Of a DNA stretch of 64,000 nucleotides, positions 12,265-26,500 are shown piece after piece. The first letter of the stretch is position 1. Each line of letters opens with the position of its first letter. The stretch covers positions 5,146,001 to 5,210,000 of the forward strand of contig OZ176052.1 in the NCBI GenBank assembly GCA_964247055.1. The letters are read 5' to 3'. This stretch comes from Paragordius varius (lineage: Eukaryota; Animalia; Nematomorpha). The position numbers and the translations under genes are program-made. The notes beneath the pieces are model-generated. The model was given only the letters and a program-made list of their open reading frames with translations, ran no database searches and was not told the origin of the DNA.

Positions 12265-14333
12265 ACTATTTTACAACAATCAACCATATATTTGCAACAA
12301 ATGAAAATATACCTAATAAAATTTTAATGTCTCCATTATCAACCATATATATCCAACAATCTCACAATCAAAATGTTACCAATGATATTTATATGTTTTC
12401 AACAATCAATCATATTTTCTACAATCAAATAATTTTAATTCAAAATATGTTTCCTAAAATTATTTAAATGTTTAAAACAATCAACCATTTGTTTTCAACA
12501 ATTAACAATATATTCTCCACATCATATGTTTTTTCACAATAGTAAAAAAATTTTTGAAGCGTATTTTATGGTATTGTGAAGCATGGACAAAACTAATGAA
12601 AGCCCTATAGAATAATATAAAGAAGTTTCTATGTAATTTGATGATGGTAAACAAATATATTCCTCAATAATTAGCTTCATTACACTGGACAACAAATTTT
12701 TCTGCCACTCGAGTTTTTTTAATTTTCTGATATTTAGTATCATTTTAACAGTAAATCTGAAATAAAAATTATAACTCGTTGGAAGAATTTTGTATATGAT
12801 TTTTTTGATTATGCGCCCTCTTTATCAAAATTTTACTAAAAAATATTTTTCTTTGAAAATATACAAGTAATGCCCATTTGTAATATATCATTCGAAAGAG
12901 TATTAAAAACTCTATAAAATGCATACTAATATGTATTACATCGACAGTTAATATTGGACACAAAGAGCGACAAACGCGCGAAGCGAGAGCATTTTTTTAA
13001 ATTATTATATTTTTAAAACTAATGCATGAAAATAGCTCTAACTTTGTTTAGACGGTGATGAATGTCCAAAAAAGATAACACAAGAAAGTTTTTTTGATTA
13101 AAACAATTTATTATTGCTTTTATGTCACTCAAAACAGCCATTTTTAAGTTTTTTGTTTTTTAAAAATTACCATCTCATCAATATTAATTTATTTTCTTTA
13201 CAAAGCTGATAATTTCGAAATTTTAAAGATAAAAACAAAGTTTAAGGTATTTTTGATCTTTTATAGCCATTATGTAATAATTTTACAGTTATAACTATGC
13301 ATTTTAGTATCCACTAGGTAAAATATTTATGATAATAATAATTTTTATTAAAAAAGCAAACCAAAAACTTTTTCTTCTTAAATCAAATACTAATATAACC
13401 CTAATAATTATATTAAAATAATTTATTTGATTTTTAAATTAATTTGTCTGTAAAAATTCTTGACTTATTTAAGGATTGAAAATTTCGACCATTTAAATCC
13501 AAATAACTTTTACATCCGATTGATTTAAATGACTTACTACCATTTAAAAGATGCAGTTTTTTGCGCTCTTTCGAATGATATAAAATACATGGCTTCATAT
13601 CTAAAACTTTTAATTTTCGAAATTTCGAGTTTAATGTTAAATCGGGGACAAAAATTATCGATAAACTCTAATATAAAAAAATTCTTTTATGCTAGACCAA
13701 TTTTCTTTTCAGGTATACTAATTATGTACTATAATGAAATAAATTTTAAATTTACAAGAATGGCAGTTAAAAAAAGTTAAAATTTGTTGTCTAGTGTTAT
13801 CAATTAGTACATTTTTTTGAGAAACACAATTTATATTTAGGTTACACAAAGATCGACATACATCAACAAACTATCTTTGATGATTAATTGTTTTTTGATA
13901 ACTTTCACGATTTTTTTAAAAAAACATAATTTCACAAAAAATATAAATTATTTAAACAAAAGATGCTTTCAATATTATCTGACATTCAACAAATTTAATT
14001 TGCACACCATTTCAATATTATAGAAAATATGTATTTTTTTAAAACACTACAAAAAAAATCTAAAATAACAACATTTAAAGGCAAAAGCCTATGGGAACCT
14101 TGTTAAAATTGATTAAATAACTTTTTCATTATTTATGGCTACTGGTAATATTAACAAAATTATCATATATATAATTCCGTAAAAAGTTTATTAATTTAGT
14201 TATTTATTTATCATTATATTTAATATAGCTTAATACAGCATAAATAAATAATAATATAAATTAATTATTATTAGCATATACACAGTTAACTACTTATTAT
14301 CTTTACATTCAGCACTTTTATATTATTTTTACG

Positions 14334-17300
14334 CTAGATTGGCTCACTAGTGTTAACATCATCACTGATAAGTAGAGGATTGAAAGTGTCATCAAAAATA
14401 TTATTCTGCCTATTTTGATCAAATTTTTTGCCTTTAGAGGGCTTGGTCTTCTTGGACGTAGTCGTATGAGTGTAAAAAGAGTTTGATTCAACCACCATCA
14501 AGTTTGTTGGTTCATTTTCAAACAACATTTCTTCCCTTAAGCTTGCCATATCGTTCAAACTTAGTTGAGACCACCAAATGTTATAGGATTGGACCCATTC
14601 AAGCGTTCTAGCCTCAGAGTCACATCGTGGTAATTGAGCCATTAACGCTGCCATTTCAAAAATGGGTGATCGATAAACTTCACAAATCGATAGGCTGCTG
14701 CTAGACGAATTCGTAGCACTTTTACTTGAACAAGATGATGTTGTTGATGATGAATTTTGAATGGCTGAGCTTTGATTGCGAGGTAGTCTGCTATTTTTTG
14801 TCACTTTATGTTTAACTCTATTGTTGGGCCTAAATAATATAGTAATAAGGAAAATATAGGATTTTAAAAAAAGACTAGATAAAAATACTGATTTTACAAG
14901 TAATGAATATAATAAAAAGTCAAATAAACTAAACCCTTAGATGGTTAAATAGTCTACATAGCTTTTTAACTAAACCTAAATCGCATAATTTCAGGTTCAT
15001 ACGAAATTATTTTGATCAAGTTAGTAAAGCCTTACCTTTTTCCAGAGTTTTTCTTTGATTTATCCGTGGTGTTTGGTGTGGTATTATTGTTTGGTTTGCC
15101 TGTAATTATGTGATTTTCGGCAGACGTATTTAAATGTAATGGTTTTTTAGCCTCTGGCAATAGATGCTGTGTTATTTCACTTTTTTCCATTGCTTTCTTA
15201 ATCAGTCCCAAAGGCTTCTCGTCAGAATCGGATTCAGAACCGTGTTCATTATCCGAAATTGTATAAATAGGATGTTGTCGTTGTGAAATGGGTGGGAGTT
15301 CCTCAATAATTTCACAAGCATTTGAATGAAGGGAATTCGATTCATTACTACTGGTTGAGGATGAAAAGCGTTTTTTCCTTTTCAAAGTTTTTTTTGTGGG
15401 AGCAATTTTAATTTTAGTCGCTTTACCTGTTGTTCCAACATTTTTGGTCTGGCTGAAAGAGGGTTTGGCAGGTGATTTATTATGCAATAGCGAATACTTT
15501 CCATCCGTTATATGAGTTTGAACTTGCTTTCGTTTTCCATTTTTGGATTTTCCTTCGTTCCGAGATGTACTTGGCTTTATTGCACTGTAGGATTCAATGA
15601 CCATATTGCTTTGACTTGATGGCATAGGAGTAAAAAGAATTTGTGGATTTACATTATGAGATTTTCGAGGAAAACTTCTAGCATTATTGAGCTGTAAAGT
15701 TGGAATGATACCGCTAAATTCTTGGACCAATGCTTGATTAATGACATCGTCATTGGCGGAAAGCAAGGTTGACGAGAGGGGTGTATCACCATCTTCCCTA
15801 TAAAAGGGTGGACATGGCGAATAAATTTGCTGCAATGGATTTAAGTGGTTTATACTATTGTTTATAATATCTCCATGCCGAATCCAATCAAAATTGTGTA
15901 AAGGATTGACATTGTTGTTGGTGTTGGTTATTAAACAATTTTGACACGGTTGACAAGGACGTACATTATGGGAATTAGAGTGATTTGTAGTATTAGTTCC
16001 CCCAATGTATGCATGTATGAGAGAATTATTGAGATTCTCATCAAATCGCCGTGCTAAATCAGTAGTATCGCTGGGTGTTCTCCCCATTGGGATCCTAGAA
16101 AAAGGTTCCGTGCTGGTTAAAGTGGATGATCTACTAGTATAAGTATTGATATTAGAAATTGGTATTGAAGCCAACGTAATAGAACACATAGCACCAGGTT
16201 GGATAAAATTATTATTATTATTATTGTTATATATGGAAGATTGGTGTCTCGGATAATTATTACTGTAATGAGCATTATCTCCAGTGCTTCGTGATGGAGG
16301 AAAATATCCTCCTCTTGAACTTATGTATTGAGGCAGGCGAGATTCCATACTACTTGAACCGACTCCAACCCCCGAACCACTATAAAAGTGATAATAGGTG
16401 TAACAATTAACGAGAGGGCCATCGCTGAAATTGGTGCGATTTATATTAGTAGTATAATTATTATTATTGTCATTAACCACATCAATTTCCATACCATCAT
16501 CTGCTGTTAATCTTATCGGTTCCCTAGAGGGGGGTATGGGAAAAGGCATCCTATAGTAGGCAACTAAATCGTATTCATCATAGCTTTCCAACGGATGTTG
16601 AGCAAATGTTATAAATTCATGAATAAAATGGTGAACAAATCTTTCACGTTCAAGATATCCAAGCAAAAGTTGTCGAAAATTTGAGCTTTTGATAGCATGG
16701 GAACGAATACTTATAAGGATTGAATCAACAATGTAATTTAGGTTCAGTGACAAAGTTGGTTCTTGATTATCTATATAATTTTACAAAAAAGATATATGCT
16801 ATATCGTATTTTTTAATTATGACATATTGTGATATTTAAAATTTATAAAGCCGATCATTCTTGCTCACATTTTACAAAACTAATAAAAATATGAAATATG
16901 TTATGTCATAAACATACAAGAAAATCTTAGATAGGGTGAAAGAGCCCGCAATTCGCGCATTAACCATCTGTATAAACGATGAACGCAACCTGGATTGCGC
17001 CTTAAAAAACTGGGCGAAATATTCCGTACACCGGTAGGATTGTTTGAAGATATATTAATGCTTTCTAAAATGTTAAACAGTATTATACCTAAATAAGGGT
17101 TATTGATAATAACCCATGCATCGACCTCATATATAAGGCGACGGAAATTTTCCGAATGATAAGATTGAAGGACCCTATTAGGGTTCAAAAATCGAGGCAT
17201 ATGAATAACCCGTTCATTCAATGATCTTTGTACGGGTCTAGGCCTAGCAGTTATTGAAGAGCTAAAAAATTTTAAAACAAAAACTACTTTGGAACTTCAT

Positions 17301-17557
17301 AAACATTAAAATTGCTCGAACTAACATCATACAAAATCTTTTTAAATTTTTTTTTGCACATAGGACATTCAGCTTTTACTTTGGACCATTGTACGAGGCA
17401 ATCAAAACAAAATTCATGATAACATGAATCTGAAAAAGCTGCATTTTCCCTTTTACCTAAAATTTATATTCATAAATAAACCTAAACATATTGGACATTT
17501 ATCCTTATTGCTTCCTAAACTACTTCGATCATCTTCACTTTTGAGAATTGTATTCAT
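14334..17557 (-). CDS. TOPORS: E3 ubiquitin/SUMO ligase Topors, 5 exons
   Basis: After removing introns 17457-17481 (25 nt) and 17262-17287 (26 nt), the RING reads CPICLGKRENAAFSDSCYHEFCFDCLVQWSKVKAECPMCK. Topors blocks RRNPGCVHRLYRWLMREL and HFIHEFITFA follow. Further introns lie at about 16771-16916 and 14830-15036, and the phases fit. Low-complexity N/S/K-rich C-terminus. Confidence 0.88.
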
Positions 17558-18789
17558 AAAAACAAAATCAGTTCATTCATTTAGCACCTGGATAAAACAC
17601 TTTTATTCAGTCGTCCAAAAATCTTTGGGAAACCCAGGCCTGGTTAAAATCAAATATTTTAAAAAATATGGAATTAAACCCATAGCTAAAGGTTGGAGTT
17701 ATATTACGAAATATTTTATAAAAAAAATATATTCTATTTGATGGACACTTGAGGTATAAATTTTATCAATATGACATGATTAGCTAAAATAAAAATGATG
17801 TAAAATAAACCATGTTTAGTTTTAATTAATTGTGATTTAAATAAGAAATTAGTTTTAATTTTAACAAAAATAAACACGATACATTCTTAATAATTTATCT
17901 GTTCAGTACTATTTATTTGGGCATTTTATTTATAAAATTTTTATTCGGAAAGATGCACATTCAATTGAATTCCTTCAGTAGTTTTTTTTAATTATCAACT
18001 AGTATCGTCTCGGGTCTTTATAGACTCCTATTTGAATGGAAAGGATAAAGTTGTTAAGTGGGTTTATCAAGATTAAATTTTTGGATATAAAATTATAATC
18101 AATTTTCTAAATGCTAATTATCATAATAAACTGTAAAAAAATGTATATTTGAAAATATTATATATAAAGCCACTATTTCATATGATAATCATAAAAAATT
18201 GTATGAAAAGGTATTAAAACCTAAAATGCAGCAAAACAATAACTCATAACATTTCTATGGTTATCAATAAAGACACTTGTGCGGCTGTGATACAGTGTGC
18301 ACACAAAAATATATGGATAACATTTCTCATGCAAAAAACATTTTTCAACCAAACGCATTTTCCAGGCAACATTTTTTCAGTAAACGCAACAAATTTTTTA
18401 AAATTAAAAACAAGTTGTTTTTATTTTATGGCCATTTAATTATTAATTTTTTTAATTATAAAATTAAATTAAACTTTAGCGTTGAGTTATGATTTTTATT
18501 GCTTCATCATCAATATTTGATGGCAAATAATTGATTTTCAAACATTTTAGTTTTCGCATAAAATTATTTAGTCCTTAATGATAAATGATGGTCCTTAAAC
18601 ATTTAATAATGGTCCTTAAACACTTCAAGTTTGTTTTCCAATATTTAAATTCTAAATTTTATTAATGAAGCAATTATTCATCTCTCCTATCAATTTTTTT
18701 TCTTAATTCGACCTAAACTTTTAAATAAATACCAACATTTTTTCATAAGAACCGTACATCCTATTATTTTCTATAAAAAAATTTAATCT

Positions 18790-19430
18790 ATATATTTATA
18801 AAAATTGAAACTCGCTTTGTGATCTGGTACAGGAAAAACGGTAGACCCATTCAAATCCAAACTTCGAAAAAATATATACATTAATGAATGCCCCAACAAT
18901 AGCTTCGCCCTTTTTTGAAATAAACCCCCAGTTCGGGCCCACCCCGTGTGAAAAACGGTTTTTTTTGAAAACAGAAGTCCACAAAAATCGTGTCTTTGAG
19001 ACAATTTTCTGGAGAATGTGTTGGACCATCCAATTTCAAATATGATTTTTGTTTACTTATTTTTGATTGCGCCGAACATAGTCGAGTCACTTTTTTGATT
19101 TAGGCCCTCTTTTTACCCGCTACTCCCGTAAAATGCCATTTTTTTCAAAAAACAAAGTCCACAAAAATAATTTTTTAAATCTATTTTTCGCCATAGATAT
19201 GAGACCGTAAAAATTCAATATGGATTCCACGTTTTCCCTGTTAAAAGGCAAAAATTTTAGTCATTCTTGCTGGGTAAGGAGCTACCCGCTAAAAACTGAT
19301 TACTCATGTAACTTTGTGATCTGCTACCGGAAAACCGGTAGACCCATTCAAATCCAAACTTCGAACCCCCCCCTCCCCAGAAGTCCGAAGGACTTCCTCG
19401 GGCTGCGTAGCAGCACGAGATTTACGTTAG
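18790..19430 (+). mobile_element. Possible non-autonomous Helitron-like element
   Basis: A ~54-bp direct repeat lies at about 18816-18869 and 19313-19365. The element ends in two GC-rich hairpins (GAAGTCC-GAA-GGACTTC; CTCG-G-GCTGC-GTA-GCAGC-A-CGAG), then TTAG|T. The 5' boundary is uncertain. Confidence 0.4.
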
Positions 19431-20517
19431 TTATATATAAAAATATCGAAGTTTTGTGAGTAATTGATTGTAATATTATTATTATGTTATAATATTGTTA
19501 AATTAAAGAAAGTTAGTTTAAACCAAATAAATTTGTTTTTAATATATATAAATTTTTAATGAAAAAAGTACTATTAAATAAAGATATTAGGTTAAATCTA
19601 ATAAAATAGATAATTACATACAAAAATAACGGTTGTATGCTAACTGCAAAAAATGGAAAGATCAACTTTAACCTAAGGACAACTTTGAACTTTTGAAAAT
19701 ACTCTTAACACTTCGATTCAAATTGGGGTATCTAAAATAAAAATGTTTGAATAATAAAAATTCTTTTAAAAAATTGTTGTTTTTGCTTGAAAAATGTTGT
19801 CTTAGCTTAAAAAAATGTTGCGTTTGCGTGATAAATGGTACATGTAGATCAAATATTATATTTATAAGGGAATTTTTATAGAATTTTAAATTTTTTAGAT
19901 ACAGGCACCAAAATCGTCAAATATTTGGACCCGTTTATATTGGGAAAGATTCTTATCCCAAACAAATGCGCGATATAAATTTTAATTCTTTACAAAATAT
20001 GACATCAAATATTAAATATTGTTTGAAAATGAATATTATTTTATACCAAAGTTTTGAAGCAAGTTGTTACATTTTTTGAATCTAGGCAAAACCCAAAAAA
20101 ACAATGAGAAATTTTGCGAGTATTTAATAACCTTGCTCATTTATGGTGAATTTAAAGATTTCAGACTTTCGAAAGCCACATAATAAATTTATTAATTTGA
20201 TTTTATATTTTTGTGTTTAAAAGGTTTAAAATGCATATTTTTTAATTATGCCCAAATTTATTTAAGATATTTATTTAAATTTTAAATATCTATGGGGGAT
20301 ATAACTACCTTAAAAGTTCATGAAGTGATAAAACCGTAGTTTATTTTCTAATTTAGTCTCTGGAACTCCAATATGCAGTTATTATTTAAAAAAACTTATT
20401 AAATTATCTTACCATATATTTGATTTAATTTTTGGAGACGCGAGCATCGGCCACATAGTCATAAAAACAGAACCTTACCGTATGTGGCGGAATGTTTAAA
20501 TATTCAAAAAAATAATC

Positions 20518-23500
20518 ATGAAAAATGATGCCCCTTCATCACATTGCGAATTGGCAGAAGAGAATGATATTGAATTCGATAAAGTTACTGGCGATATTTG
20601 GATATATCCAAACAATTACCCACGGCGAGACTATCAATACAACATTACTCAAAAAGTTTTGAAAAATGATTTTATTTGCTATAGGCTTTATTTCTAAATA
20701 CCTTAGTGGCATTGCCAACTGGCTTAGGGAAAACTTTTATTGCTGCCGTTGTTATGTTTAATTTTTACCGCTGGTTTCCCCAGGGTAAAATTATTTTTAT
20801 GGCCCCTACCAGACCGTTGGTAAATCAACAAATTGATGCCTGCTTAAATATTATGAACATTCCTGTTGCCGATACCGTTGAGATGACTGGTAATATAAAT
20901 ATTATGATATTTAGGGAAGGTGAACCCAATTAAGCGAAAGATTGCTTGGGAAACTACTAGAGTTATCTTTTTAACGCCCCAAATTTTACTTAACGATTTA
21001 CAAAAGGGTATCTGTCCCGCAAAATTTATAAAATGTGTCGTGGTCGATGAGGCTCATAAAGCTTTAGGCAATTATGCGTACACTCAGGTTAACTCAATTA
21101 TAGGATTTATTTTTTTTATATGTTATACTCATGCATGTTTTCACATATATCAATAATGTTAAAAAAAGAATTGTTTTTTGAATTTTTAGCGTTTTGTTAA
21201 TATACGATAGCCATATTAAGTCCAAAACCCTTTATTTCAAAAAATAGATATTTATGTTTTAATATGGGTGGTGTCAGCGATTTATGTAATAAAAAAGCGG
21301 TTTAATTCATATTTTTATAAAATTTTAACATCGGGAAATCAGCTGATAGATAGAAATTTTGGCATTTAATGAATTTAGTGCGTAAATATTACATATATAC
21401 AATATGTTATCACTTATCTTGTTTAGGTCATTAAAGAACTAGTTTCCAAGGACATTAAGTTTCGTGTTTTGGCCTTAACTGCTACTCCAGGGAGAGATAT
21501 GGCTGTAAGATATATAATTCTTGTAGGATATATAGAAATTTGTTTTTATTATACAATGTCAAAAATAATCATTGCTATTACTAAATGTGATTATCATAAG
21601 TTTTTATGATTTATTTTAAAAAAGACAAATTTATTATTAAACATATTTTATTGGCCTTTTTTTATATAAATTTTACCTTCTAATAAAAAATATTTGAATA
21701 CTTATAAATATGGATTTATGTTTTATCGATTAATATTTTTATTGTTTAACGTATCTCAAATGTTTTTAACATTAACCAAACAATGTAACTTTCATTTACA
21801 AAAGGTTCAGGTATATAATAAGTTAATTTGTATTAGAGCATGGAGAGCGTGTTGGAAAACCTAATTATTCAACATATTGAATATCGTCACGAAGAATGCA
21901 TTGATGTACTCCCTTACATACATATGAAAACAGTGCATAAAATAGTTGTACCCTTATCGGAAACACTTTTAACACTAAAGAAACAATTGTTATCGGTAAT
22001 ATTTGTTTCAATTTTGACATAAATTAGGATAGAAAAAATATTATTATAGCCGTTTAAATAGTTTCGATAATTGCATATTTTATAATTATTTTAGTTTAGG
22101 CGTGATGCTATATAGGGAGGGTGCCGCACTCTTACACTTGGATTATCAAAGTTAATTCCGAAACTGCGCAATTTTTCCATCATCACTGTCATCCATAGGC
22201 AAGAGAGTGTTAGAGCTTTTATCGTTCAATTTACCAGGGGTAGTCAAAAGTTTCCGGTTTTTTGATTAAATATATGTTAGAAATGAAGTCAATTATTTAT
22301 TTTGCCAAATATTTTAAATCGGCTTCTAGTTTTTTCGCCCATTATGCCGTGTATGAAAAACTGAATGTCTCTTGCGCAAATCTAATTGTAAAGCCATTTT
22401 AATGCAAGGATGTAATATTCAGATGGCACCAGGTGAGTTTGGCGACTAAGGAATTTTCCATCGAATTGATTTTAAGATATCTTTTACTTGTCGCTTGAAA
22501 CGGAGTACATCAAATCACTTTGTAATCTTTTACCAATCTTGTTAAGTATGAGTTGGGTCATAATCTAATAACTCTTGCACTTAAGGATCTTAATTGTGTA
22601 CCAGAGCGCCCACACAAAATCACAACTTTTAATATTCAACATGTTCTTATATTTTAATCGATATAGCTTTTCACCATATATTTCTGCGCAAATGATACCT
22701 TTCAACAGCTTTTTTCTGATGGAAAGGCAAATCGCTAATGTTCTTTTTGAAGTACAAATTATAATTAAACGATAAAAATAAGACGCTAGTTTTCGGCGTG
22801 TTTTGTTTAATGTCAGGTCAACAAAATGGGGTCTGTACCAAATTAATCGTCTGTGTACTTTTAGCTGACTTCTTCTGTTAGGTAAACCAGTAATAACTTT
22901 TGATTATATCCGATAAGTCCTCATCCCTTAATAAAAAACAAAAAAGTGACTCTAAACTGTATATATTTTAGTTTTTTTGACCCATTTTCAAAAATAGAGT
23001 ACTTATATCTTTACGCCTTAATAATTCTACGGTATTTAATTTTTGTATCAACCAATTATAATAACGAATTTTATTTTATTTATATGATATAAGATTCTCG
23101 ATAAGGCTTCAATTAAACTCCGGCAATATAATTTGTTGTATGGAAATTCTATATCTGCGGGTGATTTTGAAAATACAAACAAATTTTCTCTCATACAAGC
23201 AAGAAATCGATTTCGAATGTCACTTCATTCAAATGGTCGATCTAACCTAAAAGTTTCAAATAATTTAATAATGTTTTTTGAAAAAATTTTTATATTATTA
23301 CATATAAGTAATCACCCTAAAAATAAATTATCTATCCACATGATTTTCTACTTTATAATTAATAAAAAATCTATTTTATTAGATTATGCGAGGTATTATT
23401 GAAAAAGATTTTGCTCTGTGTATCACATTACTACACGCCTTAGAACTGTTAGTTTTTTATGGATTACGGTGTTTTTACACATTTTTAAAGGTATTTATTA

Positions 23501-26500
23501 CCTTGCTTACATTATAACATTAAATAATAGATGTTTTAACTATTCTATTTCAAATTTTTAGACCTTCATTATATTAAACCTTTACACTTTTACTTTATTT
23601 ATAATCGAAAACTTGGCCAAAATTTTGTAATTATTGGAAACGATACTAATAATATTTATATCTATATCCTATTTTAATATTATAAGTAGTTTTGTGAGTT
23701 TTTATTTCTTATTAAACTTAATCCAATATGTTAATCGGATGTACGCATTTAACCAATTAAGTGTAATTAATTAAAAATAATTATCAATCGTTTACCTGCA
23801 ACATCAAATACAAATGGTTATTTTTTTATTTATAACACCAAAATTTTGAGACATATTTAGGATTATCCTAATTATTACTAACAAACAACTTAAATGAAAA
23901 AAATTGAAATTTAATATTAAATGTAATGTAAAATGCTAAAAATATTTTTAACTTGATGTCGGATAAAAAAGTGTTGGTTTAAACAATTAACTCTCATAAT
24001 TTTAATTCAGGGATGGCCAACATCCGAGACTTTATGAACAGTCCGCGAAAAATCTGGATATCCTAATTTTTAAAAATATACTCATAAAATCTTACTAAAA
24101 TCTTTTCTTAATAATTTTTCTAATTTTGTCTATTCAATTGGCAAGTTAGAAAAATTGTTATATTTATATTTTAGACTCTTTTTGAAATTTAATAATCATA
24201 TTTGAATGCCCATATATTTAATTCAAATGCGACCCGCCTTTTTTTGTTTAAAATGCGGCTCGCGAAGCTATTTGTGTTGGACACCCATGTTTTAAATCAT
24301 AAATATTTTTGACCAAACACAAATATCACCAATAAATAAACCATATATCATAACTACACTTGACAATTGCCTTATATTATCCATTAATTTACAAAATTAT
24401 TAGAATAGTTTAAATGTTTCACCCGAAAGTTTTGATGAAAATCAACAATTAGCAATGACTAAACGTTCAAATACATCATTTAATTGACAAAATTCCCATG
24501 TTAAATCGAGTATACATAAAACTCCAACCAATGATATAACGAGCGCTACAAATTCTGCCGATGACACGACAGGCCAAAAGAAAAAAGTTAAAAAGGAAAA
24601 ACGAAAATCAACCAACGTTAATTTTGCAACACGAGCCAACATTTTGAAAATTCCTGAATTCAAAGAACTCTTCATGACACTTTCACCACTTTATGACACT
24701 GATTATCAAAACACTGGTATATTTCCATAAATTATACCAAAATTATTATGATAACATTCGTGTGAAATTGTAGTAATTTTTGTTAATTTATTATTAAATA
24801 ATGACGGGAGAATATTTAAATTAATACAAAAGATATAAGAGGGAATACTACTGTTTTTAGTTCCTGTCCTCATCGATATTAATTTTATCTGGTTTTGTTT
24901 TCAGTGTTTTTTGGTCAAATGGTTCTGACATCAATTCTCTTTTGTTAACAGATTAAATAATCATTATGAGAGAGTGTGATTAACAGGCGCAAAAAACATC
25001 AATTTATAACACAAAAAGGTTTTTGTATGTTATTTTTGCCTTAAAAATACACTTTTAATATGTAGGTAAAATGGAAAGATATTCAAATATTTTTATAGGG
25101 CCATAGCTTTCTTTGAATAGAATCTTTTTTGGTTTAAATAGTTGTGGTTTTCATTAAATAATAGAAGATGAAAATCTCTTTTGATATGTTTTGTTATTGA
25201 TAAACGTTAAAACAAGAATTTCATTAAATTAAAATATGCACATCTATTTTTACCGATATTAAAATAGGCATAATTTTATATAATGAGTTTTTGTTATTAG
25301 TCATTCGCTCAGATAGTCACCCAAAATTACCAGCTCTCAAAAAATCGATATGCCAAAATTTTAATCTTTCTGAAGCCGAAATCGATGATTGTATCTCAAA
25401 CAAAGTTGATAAATCAATCTCCCAGCTAAATGTTAGCGGGATGCTAGAAACAAGTTTCATAAAACAGCAACAAACCCGTATCACATCAAAAATTATCATA
25501 TTTTCACAGTACAGGGAAAGTGTGATAGAAATATCTGAGTATCTGAATGCAACTATGTCACCACTACTTAAAGTTGGAACGTTTTTGGGACAGCAATGTG
25601 TCCCTAGTGTTGTAGGTTATTGATATAATTTATCTCATAGTATATTTCTTCCTAAGGAATTATATCATAGACAATCGATATTTTTCAATAATATTAAAAC
25701 ATAGTATTAGGATGTAAAGAACGCGTTTAAAAATTCTTGTTAGTATAAATGGCAAAAAACGCATTATGATAATAATAAAATAAGTAGTTAATTATAGTAT
25801 TAGAATATTTTGTGCTGTTTTTAATATATTGCCTAAGAAGGCGTTATTTCTTTAATAAAGTAGATTTATATAAAATATTTATTATACGTGTAAACAACGC
25901 CTTTCGAATAACTTTTATTTTTATTTTGTTGAGAGGTTATTAATTATAAAAAACAGGTTGAATATGTCAACACCACTTTTAATTAATAATAAACAATTTA
26001 AATAAATATGGTTTTTACGCTTTAAACATTAACGAATTAGCGTATTTCCTCCATATTTTCACCTTTGTACAAATTAGAAAATGTTATAAAACAAGAGAAT
26101 CCGGTATCAAACAATACAATGTCCGAGGATAGTATCAACAACGGTTCTCATGATATGACACGAAAAAAATTTTCACCTAATAATACAACCAAAAATAGTG
26201 TACCTATCAATTCAAGCGTAAAAAAATCGATAAAACCTGCCAAATCAACCGGAGTCACGCAAAAAGATCAATTGCGAGTTATGTCAGATTTTCGGGCAGG
26301 GCGGATAAATACCCTAGTTTCCACGTGTGTGGGCGAAGAAGGTCTTGATATTGGGAGTGTGGATGTCATTTATTTGTTCGATGCAATCCAATCTCCAGTG
26401 AGATTTTTGCAAAGAATTGGCCGTACAGGACGTAGTAATACTGGACAAATTTATGTCTTACTCACGCCTGGGCGAGAGGAGTCGGTAATTTTATTTGCAT

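Noticed and set aside
4081-12265. Antisense ORFs of 60-140 aa overlapping the LINEs
   Set aside because: Shadow frames of long coding regions with no recognisable motifs; the same applies to antisense ORFs over TAF1 and FANCM exons.
14334-14804. 156-aa Ser-rich ORF as an orphan gene
   Set aside because: It splices in frame to the long TOPORS exon (donor near 15036, acceptor near 14830).
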